Under the pieces are notes generated by a model. That model saw nothing but the letters and a program-made list of their open reading frames with translations. It was not told the DNA's origin and made no database searches. A DNA stretch of 64,000 bases from Myxococcales bacterium (lineage in GTDB: Bacteria > Myxococcota_A > Polyangia > Palsa-1104 > SHYY01), in assembly GCA_009692555.1 (NCBI GenBank), contig SHYY01000003.1:25937-89936 (forward strand), written 5' to 3'. The position numbers and the translations under genes are program-made. Numbering within the stretch: the stretch's first letter is position 1; every line of letters starts with the position of its first letter. Positions 8,465 to 19,235 of the stretch are shown piece by piece.

Positions 8465-9507
8465 GCCGGATCGCCGAAGTGGATGCGAGCGGCGGCGGCG
8501 AGCGCCTCGCGCTCCGGGGCGGTGAGCGGGCCCGCGTTCACCGCGGGGAGGGGGTCACCGAGCAGCGCGGCGACGGTCGCCACCGCCGAGCAGCCGAGGC
8601 CGTCGAGATCGTAGCCCCCCTCAAGAACCGCTGCGATCCGACCCCCGGTGCAGGCGCGCAGCTCCTCCGTGAAGCGGGCGAACGTGGCCTCGCCGACCTG
8701 CATGGAGGCCAGTGGATCGAGGCGGTGGGCGTCGAAGCCGGCGCTGAGCAGGATCGCGTCGGGACGGAAGCGCAAGGCGGCCCGCCGGATCAGCGCGAGG
8801 GCGGCGAGGTAGGCCGCGTCGCCCGACCCCGCGGGCAGCGGGAGGTTCATCGTCGCGCCGAGCGCCGAGGGGCCGCCCACGTCGGTGAGCGCACCGGTGC
8901 CGGGGTAAAAAGGGTACTGGTGGGTGGAGGCATAGAGGACCTCCGGATCGTCCCAGAAGATCGCCTCGGTGCCGTTGCCGTGGTGGACGTCGAAGTCGAC
9001 GATCGCCACGCGAAGCCCCCGGGCGCGCAGGGCGGCGGCGGCGACCGCGATGCTGTTGATCAGGCAGAACCCCATCGCCGCATCGCGTGTGGCGTGATGA
9101 CCGGGCGGGCGAACGAAGGCGATTCCGTTGTCGAGGGTTCCGTCGGCCACGGCGAGCGCGATGTCGACCGTCGATCCAGCGGCGAGGAGCGCGGCCTGCC
9201 AGGAACCAACGGAGAAGTAGGTGTCGGGATCGAGCCAACCCGGCTCGGTGGCGCCGCCCACCACGCGCTCGAGGGCGTCGAGGTACTCCGGCGCGTGCAC
9301 GCGCTCGAGCTCCGCCCGGGTCGCCGCGCGCGCCGGGACCTGGACGCAGCGCCGTGGCAGCCCGGCTGCGTCGAGGGCGGCGTCGATCGCGTCGAGGCGC
9401 GCCGGCCGCTCCGGGTGCCCGGCGGGCGCGACGTGCTCGCGGAAGAGGCGGTTGGTGACGAGGCCGGTCCTCATCGCGAGCGCATGATAGGGCAAATCAC
9501 GGCGCAA
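8461..9507 (-). CDS. Histone deacetylase-family (class II HDAC/AcuC-like) deacetylase
   Basis: 348 aa with PPGHHA, GFCLINSIAVAA, DFDVHHGNGTE and YPGTG motifs. Confidence 0.9.
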   Translation of the reverse strand: MRRDLPYHALAMRTGLVTNRLFREHVAPAGHPERPARLDAIDAALDAAGLPRRCVQVPARAATRAELERVHAPEYLDALERVVGGATEPGWLDPDTYFSVGSWQAALLAAGSTVDIALAVADGTLDNGIAFVRPPGHHATRDAAMGFCLINSIAVAAAALRARGLRVAIVDFDVHHGNGTEAIFWDDPEVLYASTHQYPFYPGTGALTDVGGPSALGATMNLPLPAGSGDAAYLAALALIRRAALRFRPDAILLSAGFDAHRLDPLASMQVGEATFARFTEELRACTGGRIAAVLEGGYDLDGLGCSAVATVAALLGDPLPAVNAGPLTAPEREALAAAARIHFGDPA

Positions 9508-9540
9508 AGGGAGCCTCGCTACGAGGGTGCTTTCTCCAGT

Positions 9541-10362
9541 CTAGGCGCGCGGTGGAAAGAGCGGCGCCAGCGACGAGAGCACCCGGTCGTGCAGCCGGCC
9601 GTTCGAGGCGCACAGGCCGCGCGCGTGCTTCAGCGACGGGCCGAGGTAGTCGATCGGCGCCCCGGCGAGATCGCTCATGCGACCGCCCGCCTCGTCGAGG
9701 ATCACCTCCGGCGCGAGGGTGTCCCACAGCGAAGCGTGGCTCTCCGGGTTCACGTAGAGATCGCGCTCGCCGCGCGCGATCAGCCCGAGCTTGAGGCCGA
9801 CCGAGCCGATGTTCATCTCGTCGGTGACGCCGAGGGCGGCGCGCACGCGATCGATCGAAGGGCCGCGGTGGGACTTCGAGGCGACCAGCCGGATCGCCGC
9901 CAGCTCGTCGACGGTGGAGACCTGGAGCCGCGTCACCCCTCCGGCGCCATCGACCTGCTCCGCGCCCTCGCCGCGGACCGCCCGGTAGAGCACCCCCGTG
10001 GTGGGCTGGAGCACCACGCCCACCACCGGCCGCCCAGCGATCGCGAGGCCGATCATCACCGCGAAGCCCGCTCGCTCGCGCACGAAGTCGCTCGTCCCGT
10101 CGAGCGGATCGACCATCCACACCCGTTCGTGGGTGCGCCGCGAGCCATCGTCGGGCGCCTCCTCCGAGAGGATGCCATCGCCGGGGAAGGCCGCTCTCAG
10201 GCCACCCACGATCAGCGCGTCGGCCTCGCGATCCGCCTGCGTCACCGGCCCTTCACCGGGCTTGTAGTCGACCTTGATCCCGGTGCCGAAGTAGGCCGCG
10301 ATGATCGCCGCCGCCTCGCGACCCAGCCGCTCCGCGACCGCCAGTTCCCGTCGCAGATCCAT
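9541..10362 (-). CDS. Inositol monophosphatase / CysQ-family phosphatase
   Basis: 273 aa with ILSEE and WMVDPLDGTSDF motifs and a C-terminal WDxxA-like LWDTLAPEVIL. Confidence 0.85.
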   Translation of the reverse strand: MDLRRELAVAERLGREAAAIIAAYFGTGIKVDYKPGEGPVTQADREADALIVGGLRAAFPGDGILSEEAPDDGSRRTHERVWMVDPLDGTSDFVRERAGFAVMIGLAIAGRPVVGVVLQPTTGVLYRAVRGEGAEQVDGAGGVTRLQVSTVDELAAIRLVASKSHRGPSIDRVRAALGVTDEMNIGSVGLKLGLIARGERDLYVNPESHASLWDTLAPEVILDEAGGRMSDLAGAPIDYLGPSLKHARGLCASNGRLHDRVLSSLAPLFPPRA

Positions 10363-10369
10363 GGAAACG

Positions 10370-10844
10370 TCAGCCCTGTTTCTGCGACTGCATCCGGGCC
10401 AGGAGCGCGTCGTGCGCGACCTTCATCTCCTCGGGCGTCACGTCTTTCGTGTGCGACGCGAGCGTCCACTGGTTGCCCCAGCGGTCGGTGACCTGGCCCA
10501 TGCGGTCGCCCCAGAACATGTCACTGAGCGGCATCTTCACGGCGGCCCCCGCAGCGACGGCGCGCGAACGCCCGGTCGCAATCGTCGACGTACAGCCACG
10601 GCGAGAACGGCCTCGCCACGCCGCCCTGCTCGGGGAACTCGTCGTTCACGAACAGCGTCGAGTCGCCGATCCGCACCATGGCGTGCAGGATCTTTGTCCC
10701 CGACGGCTCGGTCATCCGCTGCAGCTCCTCGGCGCCGAAGGCCTCCCGGAAGAAGGCGATAGCCTCGCCACAGCCCGCGATCGTGAGGTGAGGCGTGACC
10801 GTGTGCATCCCCTCAGGGACCGCCTTGACCTTGTGCTCGTTCAT
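10370..10844 (-). pseudogene. VOC/glyoxalase-family (PhnB-like) gene interrupted by a frameshift
   Basis: The 107-aa ORF (10521..10844) carries the N-terminal VOC half and ends ...DRAFARRRCGGRREDAAQ*. A second frame continues with the expected family C-terminus AVAAGAAVKMPLSDMFWGDRMGQVTDRWGNQWTLASHTKDVTPEEMKV...* ending at 10370. The frame switch lies near 10556-10565 in a GCGCGC run. Confidence 0.6.
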
Positions 10845-10872
10845 CGCAGAGCTCCTGGTTCGTGCTCGCGGT

Positions 10873-11709
<837 letters not shown>

Positions 11710-11777
11710 GGATCGTCCTCCTGGGTGACGCGCATCCTAGTTGCGGAGCGGGGTCCGGTCAACGACGAGCGGACCCC

Positions 11778-13019
<1,242 letters not shown>

Positions 13020-13046
13020 CGGCTTCTCCTTGGCCCCGGATCAACC

Positions 13047-14615
13047 CTATACCGGCATCACGCCGTGCTTGCGCCACGGCCGCTGGACCTGCTTGTTCCA
13101 CGACAATTTGAGCCCGCGTGCGAGCACCTGACGCGTGTCGCGCGGATCGATCACATCGTCGACCAGCCCCCACCCCGCGACCTTGTAGATATCGATATGC
13201 TGCTGGATCATCGACACGATCTGCTGCTTCACCTCGGGCGGCGGCTCCACGCCCCCGAACAGCTTCTTCCCGGCGATCCCCACCATCCCCTCCGCCCCCA
13301 TCACGCTGATCTCCGCGTTCGGCCACGCCACCAGCAGGTCCGGCTCGAACGCCCGCCCCGCCATGACGTAATACCCCGCGCCATACCCCTTCCGCACCAC
13401 CACGGTGAGCTTCGGCACCGTCGCTGAGGCCATCGCATGGAGCATCTTCGCCCCGTGCCGGATGATGCCCTCGTGCTCCACCTTCGAGCCCACCATGAAA
13501 CCCGGCACGTCCATCAGGAACACCAGCGGCAGGTTGAACGCGTCGCAGAGCTGGACGAAGTGCGCCGACTTGTCCGCCGAGTCATTGGTCAAGATCCCGC
13601 CGAGATGCCGCGGATTGTTGGCGATGATCCCGCAGGGATAGCCATCGATCCGAGCAAGACAGGTGATCAGCGAACGTGCCCACTTCGGCTTGAGATCGAG
13701 GATCTTCCCATCGTCGACGATCGACTTCACGATCTTGTACATGTCGTACGACTGCCGCGCCGACTCGGGCAGCACATCGAGCAGCGCCTCGTCGCGCCGA
13801 TCCGCCGGATCGCTCCCGCGCACGATCGGCGGCTTCTCCTCGCAGTGCGACGGGAAATACGAGAGGTACTGCTTGATCACCGCGATGCACTCGTCGTCGT
13901 TCGCCACCTCGAGATCGCCCACCCCCGACACCTCGGAATGCACCTTCGAGCCACCCAACTCCTGCTCCCCGATCTCCTGCCCGGTCACCGCCTTCACCAG
14001 CGGCGGCCCGGCGAGCGCCATCGACGCGATCCCCTTCACCATCGGCACGAAGTCGGCGAGCCCCGGGATGTAGGCCGTCCCCGCCGCCCCTGGTCCCACC
14101 ATCGCAGCGACGAGCGGGATCACCCCCGACATGATCACCTCCTCGCGGAACAGGTGCCCGCTCCCCGCGAACAGCGAGATCAGATCGGTCTGCCCGCCCG
14201 CCTTCGGATCGATCCGCGCGCCCGCCGAATCGACGAACCACACCATCGGGATCCGACTCCTGAGGGCGATCTCGCGCAGCCGCGACACCTTCACCTCGCC
14301 CACCTGCCCGATCGATCCGCCCTTGACGGTGAAGTCGTATGCTGCAGCGCACACCATCCGCCCTTCGACCTCCCCGTACCCGCAGATCACCGCGTCCGCG
14401 GGCGGCTTGTCCTCGGCCTGGCTCGCGCCCTGCCCCATCTGCGTGCCGTGGATCCCGAGCTCGAACCACGCCCCACCGTCGAAGAAGCGGTCCATCCGCT
14501 CGCGCGCGGTGAGCTTGCCGCGATCGTGCTGCTTCTTGATCTTCTCCGCCCCGCCCATCTCCCGGATCAGCGCCCGCCGCCGCTCCAGCTCCGCCACCGC
14601 GTCGCGCATGCTCAC
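13047..14615 (-). CDS. Acyl-CoA carboxylase carboxyltransferase (beta) subunit / acyl-CoA decarboxylase family
   Basis: 522 aa, Carboxyl_trans family layout (GGSIG, PMVWFVDSAGARI, VVRKGYGAGYYVMAG). The GTG start overlaps the BKACE stop (GTGA). Confidence 0.9.
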   Translation of the reverse strand: MSMRDAVAELERRRALIREMGGAEKIKKQHDRGKLTARERMDRFFDGGAWFELGIHGTQMGQGASQAEDKPPADAVICGYGEVEGRMVCAAAYDFTVKGGSIGQVGEVKVSRLREIALRSRIPMVWFVDSAGARIDPKAGGQTDLISLFAGSGHLFREEVIMSGVIPLVAAMVGPGAAGTAYIPGLADFVPMVKGIASMALAGPPLVKAVTGQEIGEQELGGSKVHSEVSGVGDLEVANDDECIAVIKQYLSYFPSHCEEKPPIVRGSDPADRRDEALLDVLPESARQSYDMYKIVKSIVDDGKILDLKPKWARSLITCLARIDGYPCGIIANNPRHLGGILTNDSADKSAHFVQLCDAFNLPLVFLMDVPGFMVGSKVEHEGIIRHGAKMLHAMASATVPKLTVVVRKGYGAGYYVMAGRAFEPDLLVAWPNAEISVMGAEGMVGIAGKKLFGGVEPPPEVKQQIVSMIQQHIDIYKVAGWGLVDDVIDPRDTRQVLARGLKLSWNKQVQRPWRKHGVMPV

Positions 14616-15466
14616 GAGGCAAGCCCGAGCGCGACTCTCGTCTCCTCGACGGTGGTCGGCTCCCGCCCGACATCACGCGCCATCTTCACCGCCTGCCCCA
14701 CCAGCTCCGCGTTCGACGCGACCATCTTTCCATCCGGCAGGTAGAAGTTGTCCTCCAGCCCGATCCGCACATTGCCCCCCATCCCGAGCGCCAACGCGGT
14801 GAGCTTCCACGTCATGTGCGACACCGCCGTTGTCTTCCACACCGCCCCCTTCGGCAGGTGCGCCACCATGAAGGTGAGCATGTCCGCCGTCGCCGGCATC
14901 CCGCCCATCACCCCCATCACCAGGTTGATATCGAACGGTGGCGTGAGCAGCCCCATGTCGATCAGCGGCTCCAGCGACGCCAGGTGCCCGGTATCGAACG
15001 TCTCCATCTCCGGTCGCACCCCCACCTCGGTCATCCTCTTCAGATAAAAAATGATCTCGTCGAACGGGTTCGCGAAGACGAACTGGAACACGAACTCCTT
15101 CCGCTTCGCCGAGTACTTCGCATAGTTCATCGACCCCATGTTGAGCGCGCCGATCGCCGGCCGCGTGGTCAGCACGTGCGCGATCCGCTCCTCCTTCGAC
15201 AGCCCCACCGCCCCCGTCGAGAAGTTGATGATCACCGGGCAGCGCTTCTCGATCTCGCGCTTGTAGGCCGCGAACACCTCGGGCCGATACGAGGGCTGCC
15301 CCGAGTCCTCCCGCCCGTGCACGTGCACCACCGTCGCCCCCGCCTCCCACGCCCGCCGCGCCTCCTCGCCCATCTCCTCGGCGCTGTACGGGATCGCCGC
15401 GCACTGGCGCTTGGTGGTCACCGCGCCGGTCAGCGCGCACGTCACGATCACCTTGTCCGACATCAC
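14612..15466 (-). CDS. Beta-keto acid cleavage enzyme (BKACE/DUF849, 3-keto-5-aminohexanoate cleavage enzyme family)
   Basis: 284 aa. VIVTCALTGAVTTK...IPYSAEEMGEEARRAWEAGATVVHVHGRE...INFSTG is collinear with Kce-type enzymes. Confidence 0.85.
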   Translation of the reverse strand: MMSDKVIVTCALTGAVTTKRQCAAIPYSAEEMGEEARRAWEAGATVVHVHGREDSGQPSYRPEVFAAYKREIEKRCPVIINFSTGAVGLSKEERIAHVLTTRPAIGALNMGSMNYAKYSAKRKEFVFQFVFANPFDEIIFYLKRMTEVGVRPEMETFDTGHLASLEPLIDMGLLTPPFDINLVMGVMGGMPATADMLTFMVAHLPKGAVWKTTAVSHMTWKLTALALGMGGNVRIGLEDNFYLPDGKMVASNAELVGQAVKMARDVGREPTTVEETRVALGLAS

Positions 15467-15475
15467 TTGGCCTCC

Positions 15476-15955
15476 TTAGATCTGATTCGCGAGGCCGGTC
15501 GTCGCCCGCTTCCCAGCGACGGAGCGCGCCACGTTCCCGGCCACCTGGTTGAGGATCTCCACCAGCTTCCGCTTGTCCGCCCGCGGCAGCGCCGAGAGCG
15601 CCGCACGCAGCGTCTCCCATGGCCCCACATCGGCCCCCTCCGCCACCGCCCGCCCCTGCTCCGTGAGCGCGATCGTCCAAACACGGCGGTCGTCCGCGGA
15701 GCGCGAGCGCAAGACCAGCCCCGCCTCCTCCATCCGATCGACGATCCCGGTCACCGTCGAGTTCTGCGCCTGGATCCGTCGCGAGAGGTCGCCGAGCTTC
15801 AGGTCGCCGATCTCGCGGAGCAGCTTCAGCACCGAGAGCTGCGTCGGGGTCACGCCGTGGCGCGCCGCCACCTCGCGCGCGAGCCGCCGGCTCTCGGTCA
15901 CCAGGAAGATGATCGTCTCGACGATCCGGTCGAGCTCTGGCTTCAGCACGCCCAC
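15476..15955 (-). CDS. MarR-family transcriptional regulator
   Basis: 159 aa with a winged-HTH pattern: GVTPTQLSVLKLL...LGDLSRRIQAQNSTVTGIVDRMEEAGLV.R..S..DRR. Confidence 0.85.
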   Translation of the reverse strand: MGVLKPELDRIVETIIFLVTESRRLAREVAARHGVTPTQLSVLKLLREIGDLKLGDLSRRIQAQNSTVTGIVDRMEEAGLVLRSRSADDRRVWTIALTEQGRAVAEGADVGPWETLRAALSALPRADKRKLVEILNQVAGNVARSVAGKRATTGLANQI

Positions 15956-15973
15956 GCGCTTCTCACCCTGAAA

Positions 15974-16002
15974 GTTCGTACACTAAATATCCGTCCACGA
16001 AC
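15974..16002. promoter_or_regulatory. Candidate MarR operator (inverted repeat GTTCGT-N17-ACGAAC) in an AT-richer patch
   Basis: The palindromic arms sit ~20 bp upstream of the MarR start, in the divergent intergenic region. They are only 6 bp long, so support is weak. Confidence 0.25.
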
Positions 16003-16114
16003 CATCTGTCAATGCTTTCGTGGCCGCAAACGGCCGTGGGCAGGTGCGGCCTCCCGCCCCACCCGATCCAACAAAATCACAAATAGTTACAGCGAGCTGA
16101 AGCCCATGAATCCG

Positions 16115-16130
16115 TGGCACGCGCGCTGCT
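16115..16130 (+). promoter_or_regulatory. Sigma54-type promoter (-24/-12): TGGCAC-N5-CTGCT
   Basis: GG and GC dinucleotides have canonical spacing. GGAGG lies 13 nt downstream and the ATG is at 16155. The same element sits at the same distance upstream of the paralog (17519..17534). Confidence 0.45.
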
Positions 16131-16154
16131 CAAGCCCCCTCCCGGAGGTCGACC

Positions 16155-17438
16155 ATGCACACCCTTTCCATCGCCACCCTGATCACCGTTCTCGCCACCC
16201 CTGCCCTCGGCAACCCGAAGCCGATCACCCGCGACGAGATCCTCCAGAACGCGAAGTGCTCCGTCGGCTTCTCCTACTGGTGGGGCCACGGACGCTACAC
16301 CTGCGAGAAGGCGCAGGCCGGCTCCTGCCTCGGCAGCTGTCCGAACTGCAGCCACAACGGCAGCTACGGCGCCGACTGCTCGGGGATGGTCTCGAAGGCC
16401 TGGCAGGTCCCCGGCCCGTCGCCGCTCGACAGCGACGGCCACCCCTACTCGACGATCAACTACGACACCCAGTCGACCTTCTGGAAGACCATCCCGCGCG
16501 GCCAGGCTCAGCCCGGCGACGCCTTCGTCTACAACACCAACGGCGCCGGCCACATCTTCATCTACGAGAAGGGCGACCCGTGGGGCAGCGCGTGGGCCTA
16601 CGAGTGCAAGGGCTGCTCCTACGGCTGCGTCCACGACCTGCGCACCATCGATGGCGGCTACAAGGCGATCCGCCGCGACGACGTCATGGACGCGCCCGAC
16701 AAGGACGGCGACGGCGTCACCGACAAGGACGACAACTGCCCGAGCGACAAGAACGGCGGCCAGAACGACGAGGACAAGGACGGCAAGGGCGACGAGTGCG
16801 ACCCCGACGACGACGACGACGGCGTCCCCGACGACAAGGACAACTGCGACAAGGTCAAGAACCCCGCGCAGGCCGACCACGACCAGGACAAGCACGGCGA
16901 CGCCTGCGACGACGACGACGACGACGACGGCATCCCCGACCCGAAGGACAACTGCCCGCTGGTCGCCAACAAAACCCAGGTCGACAGCGACAAGGACGGC
17001 CAAGGCGACGTCTGCGACGACGATAGCGGAAACGGGAAGCCTGACGGTGGAAACGGAAACGGAAACGGAAACGGAAACGGAGCCGACGGCGGAACCGGAA
17101 GCGGAAGCGGAAACGGAAACGGAAACGGAAACGGAAACGGAAACGGAAACGGAAACGGAGCCGACGGCGGAACCGGAAGCGGAAACGGAAACGGAAACGG
17201 AGCCGACGGCGGGACCAAGGGCGGCAACAGCACCGACGGTGGCGTCGGAAAACCCGGCGACGGCGGCGACCACACCAACGCGGATCGCCCCGAGAACGAC
17301 CCCCATCACCCGCCCGCGGAAAGCGCCCCTTCGATGATCGGCGGCTGCACCGTCGGTGGCGCCCCCGCCACGCCAGCGCCCGCGCTCGTCGCGTGCGCGC
17401 TGATCGCCCTCACCCTCCTCCGCCGCCGCCGGGGCTGA
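16155..17438 (+). CDS. Secreted NlpC/P60-like domain + thrombospondin type 3 repeats + (GN)n low-complexity region + MYXO-CTERM-type tail
   Basis: It has a signal peptide. [12 protein letters not shown] (Cys) and GAGHIFIYE (His) are NlpC/P60-like. There are about 6 DxDxDGxxDxxDNCP repeats and three GN runs. The C-terminus is GGCTVGG...[13 protein letters not shown]. Confidence 0.85.
   Translation: MHTLSIATLITVLATPALGNPKPITRDEILQNAKCSVGFSYWWGHGRYTCEKAQAGSCLGSCPNCSHNGSYGADCSGMVSKAWQVPGPSPLDSDGHPYSTINYDTQSTFWKTIPRGQAQPGDAFVYNTNGAGHIFIYEKGDPWGSAWAYECKGCSYGCVHDLRTIDGGYKAIRRDDVMDAPDKDGDGVTDKDDNCPSDKNGGQNDEDKDGKGDECDPDDDDDGVPDDKDNCDKVKNPAQADHDQDKHGDACDDDDDDDGIPDPKDNCPLVANKTQVDSDKDGQGDVCDDDSGNGKPDGGNGNGNGNGNGADGGTGSGSGNGNGNGNGNGNGNGNGADGGTGSGNGNGNGADGGTKGGNSTDGGVGKPGDGGDHTNADRPENDPHHPPAESAPSMIGGCTVGGAPATPAPALVACALIALTLLRRRRG
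17049..17198 (+). repeat. Hexanucleotide microsatellite blocks (GGAAAC)5, (GGAAAC)8, (GGAAAC)3 separated by GGAGCCGACGGCGGAACCGGAAGC-type spacers
   Basis: Counted directly at 17049-17078, 17109-17156 and 17181-17198. They encode (GN)5, (GN)8 and (GN)3 inside the CDS. Confidence 0.9.
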
Positions 17439-17518
17439 TCGGTCCATCTGTGGTCTTCACCCCCACCCCGCCAGAAATAAACACGAATAATTACAGGTCA
17501 TTGAAGCTCAATCGATCG

Positions 17519-17534
17519 TGGCATGTGCGGTGCT
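17519..17534 (+). promoter_or_regulatory. Sigma54-type promoter: TGGCAT-N5-GTGCT
   Basis: Spacing is canonical. GGAGG is at 17547-17551 and the ATG at 17563. 32/50 ungapped upstream positions are identical to the 16071-16120 region. Confidence 0.45.
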
Positions 17535-17562
17535 CGTAGCCCCGATCGGAGGTTTTCCCCCC

Positions 17563-19149
17563 ATGCGCGCGCTCCGCAAGCTGCCCGTGACCGCCCTGTT
17601 CGTCGCCGCCCTCGCCGCCCCCGCCGCTGCCGCCCCGCAACCGATGACCCGCGACGCGATCATCGCCAACGCCAAATGCTCGGTCGGCTTCTCGTACTGG
17701 TGGGGCCACGGCCGCTACACCTGCGCCAACGCGCCCGCCGGCTCCTGCCTCGGAAGCTGCCCGAACTGCACCCACGGCGGCAGCTACGGCGCCGACTGCT
17801 CGGGCATGGTCGCGAAGGCGTGGCAGGTCCCCGGCCCGATCCCGCTCAGCAACGACGGCCACCCCTACTCGACGTTCCACTTCACCGACCAGTCGACCTG
17901 GTGGAGCTCGATCCCCCGCGCGAGCGCCAAGCCCGGCGACGCCTTCACCTACAACACCAAGGGCGCCGGCCACATCATGATCTACGAGAAGGGCGATCCC
18001 TGGGGCAGCTCGTGGGCCTACGAGTGCAAGGGCTGCTCGTACGGCTGCGTCCACAACCTCCGCACCGTCTACTCGAACTACGTCGCCCGTCGCCGCGACA
18101 GCGTCCTCGACGCCGCGGACAAGGACGGCGACGGGATCATCGACCCGAAGGACAACTGCGATCTGGTGAAGAACGCCAGCCAGACCGACACCGACAAGGA
18201 CGGCAAGGGCGACGCCTGCGACGACGACGACGACGGCGACGGCCTCTCCGACGCCAAGGACAACTGCGATCTGGTGAAGAACCCCACCCAGACCGACACC
18301 GACAAGGACAAGCAGGGCGACGCCTGCGACGACGACGACGACAACGACGGCGTCCCCGACGCCAAGGACAACTGCGATCTCGTCGCCAACAAGACCCAGG
18401 TCGATACCGACAAGGACGCCAAGGGCGACGACTGCGACGACGACGACGACAACGACGGCCTCCCCGACGCCAAGGACAACTGCCGCACGGTGAAGAACCC
18501 GGGCCAGGAGGACGCGAACAACAACAAGAAGGGCGACGCCTGCGAGGACGACGACGACAGCGACGGTGTCCTCGACGCCAAGGACAACTGCCGTCTGATC
18601 GTCAACCCCGATCAGGCCGACACCGATCAGGACAAGAAGGGCGACGCCTGCGACGACGACGACGACGGCGACCTCCTCCCTGACGCAAAAGACAACTGCC
18701 CGCTCGCTCCGAACGCCGATCAGGCCGACACCGACAAGGACGGCAGCGGCGACCTGTGCGACGACGATCGCGACGGCGACGGCGCGCAAAACGCGAGCGA
18801 CAACTGCCCCGAAGCGGCGAACGCCGATCAGGAGGACGCCGACGGCGACGCGATCGGCGACCGCTGCGACGACGACACCGACGGGGACGGCAAGACCAAC
18901 GCCGCCGACAACTGCCCGACCATCGCCAACCCCGATCAGGCGGATCGCGACCACGACGGCGCCGGCGACGCCTGCGAGATGGGCGACGACGGCGAGATCA
19001 CGCCGCTCGGCATCCCCGCAGCTCCGCCGGAGGACAGCGGGGCAGTAAGCGGCGGTTGTACCGTCGGGGGCGCCCCTGCCTCGGCCTCGCTGGCGCTGCT
19101 CGCCGCCGCGGCCCTCGCCCTCGCGCTGCGCCGTCGCCGCCACCCGTAG
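17563..19149 (+). CDS. Secreted NlpC/P60-like domain + ~16 thrombospondin type 3 repeats + MYXO-CTERM-type tail (paralog of 16155..17438)
   Basis: The start is set at MRALRKLPVTALFVAALAAPAAA (signal peptide), not at the listed 17518. It shares the Cys-rich N-terminal domain ([21 protein letters not shown]). The C-terminus is SGGCTVGG...ALALALRRRRHP. Confidence 0.85.
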   Translation: MRALRKLPVTALFVAALAAPAAAAPQPMTRDAIIANAKCSVGFSYWWGHGRYTCANAPAGSCLGSCPNCTHGGSYGADCSGMVAKAWQVPGPIPLSNDGHPYSTFHFTDQSTWWSSIPRASAKPGDAFTYNTKGAGHIMIYEKGDPWGSSWAYECKGCSYGCVHNLRTVYSNYVARRRDSVLDAADKDGDGIIDPKDNCDLVKNASQTDTDKDGKGDACDDDDDGDGLSDAKDNCDLVKNPTQTDTDKDKQGDACDDDDDNDGVPDAKDNCDLVANKTQVDTDKDAKGDDCDDDDDNDGLPDAKDNCRTVKNPGQEDANNNKKGDACEDDDDSDGVLDAKDNCRLIVNPDQADTDQDKKGDACDDDDDGDLLPDAKDNCPLAPNADQADTDKDGSGDLCDDDRDGDGAQNASDNCPEAANADQEDADGDAIGDRCDDDTDGDGKTNAADNCPTIANPDQADRDHDGAGDACEMGDDGEITPLGIPAAPPEDSGAVSGGCTVGGAPASASLALLAAAALALALRRRRHP

Positions 19150-19235
19150 CGCGCGCAAAAGATCCTTTCAAAAAATTAGCTCCGCTCCGCGTTCGAGCGC
19201 AAGCTCGGCGGCGTTCACGCGAGCGAGAGAGCAGA

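Noticed and set aside
17049-17198. Short direct repeats (here, at 56499-56775 and at 60290-60350) considered as a possible CRISPR array.
   Set aside because: The units are 6-9 bp microsatellites without unique spacers of 25-40 bp, and two of the three arrays lie inside coding sequence.
14816-19158. Long ORFs overlapping the BKACE/MarR genes and the two TSP3 genes (14816..17026 +, 16077..17447 -, 17491..19158 -, 17523..18683 +, plus repeat-derived frames such as 16651..17337).
   Set aside because: These are alternative-frame or antisense readings of repeat-rich GC DNA (poly-Arg, poly-Val, poly-Thr and similar). The in-frame TSP3/NlpC products explain the region.
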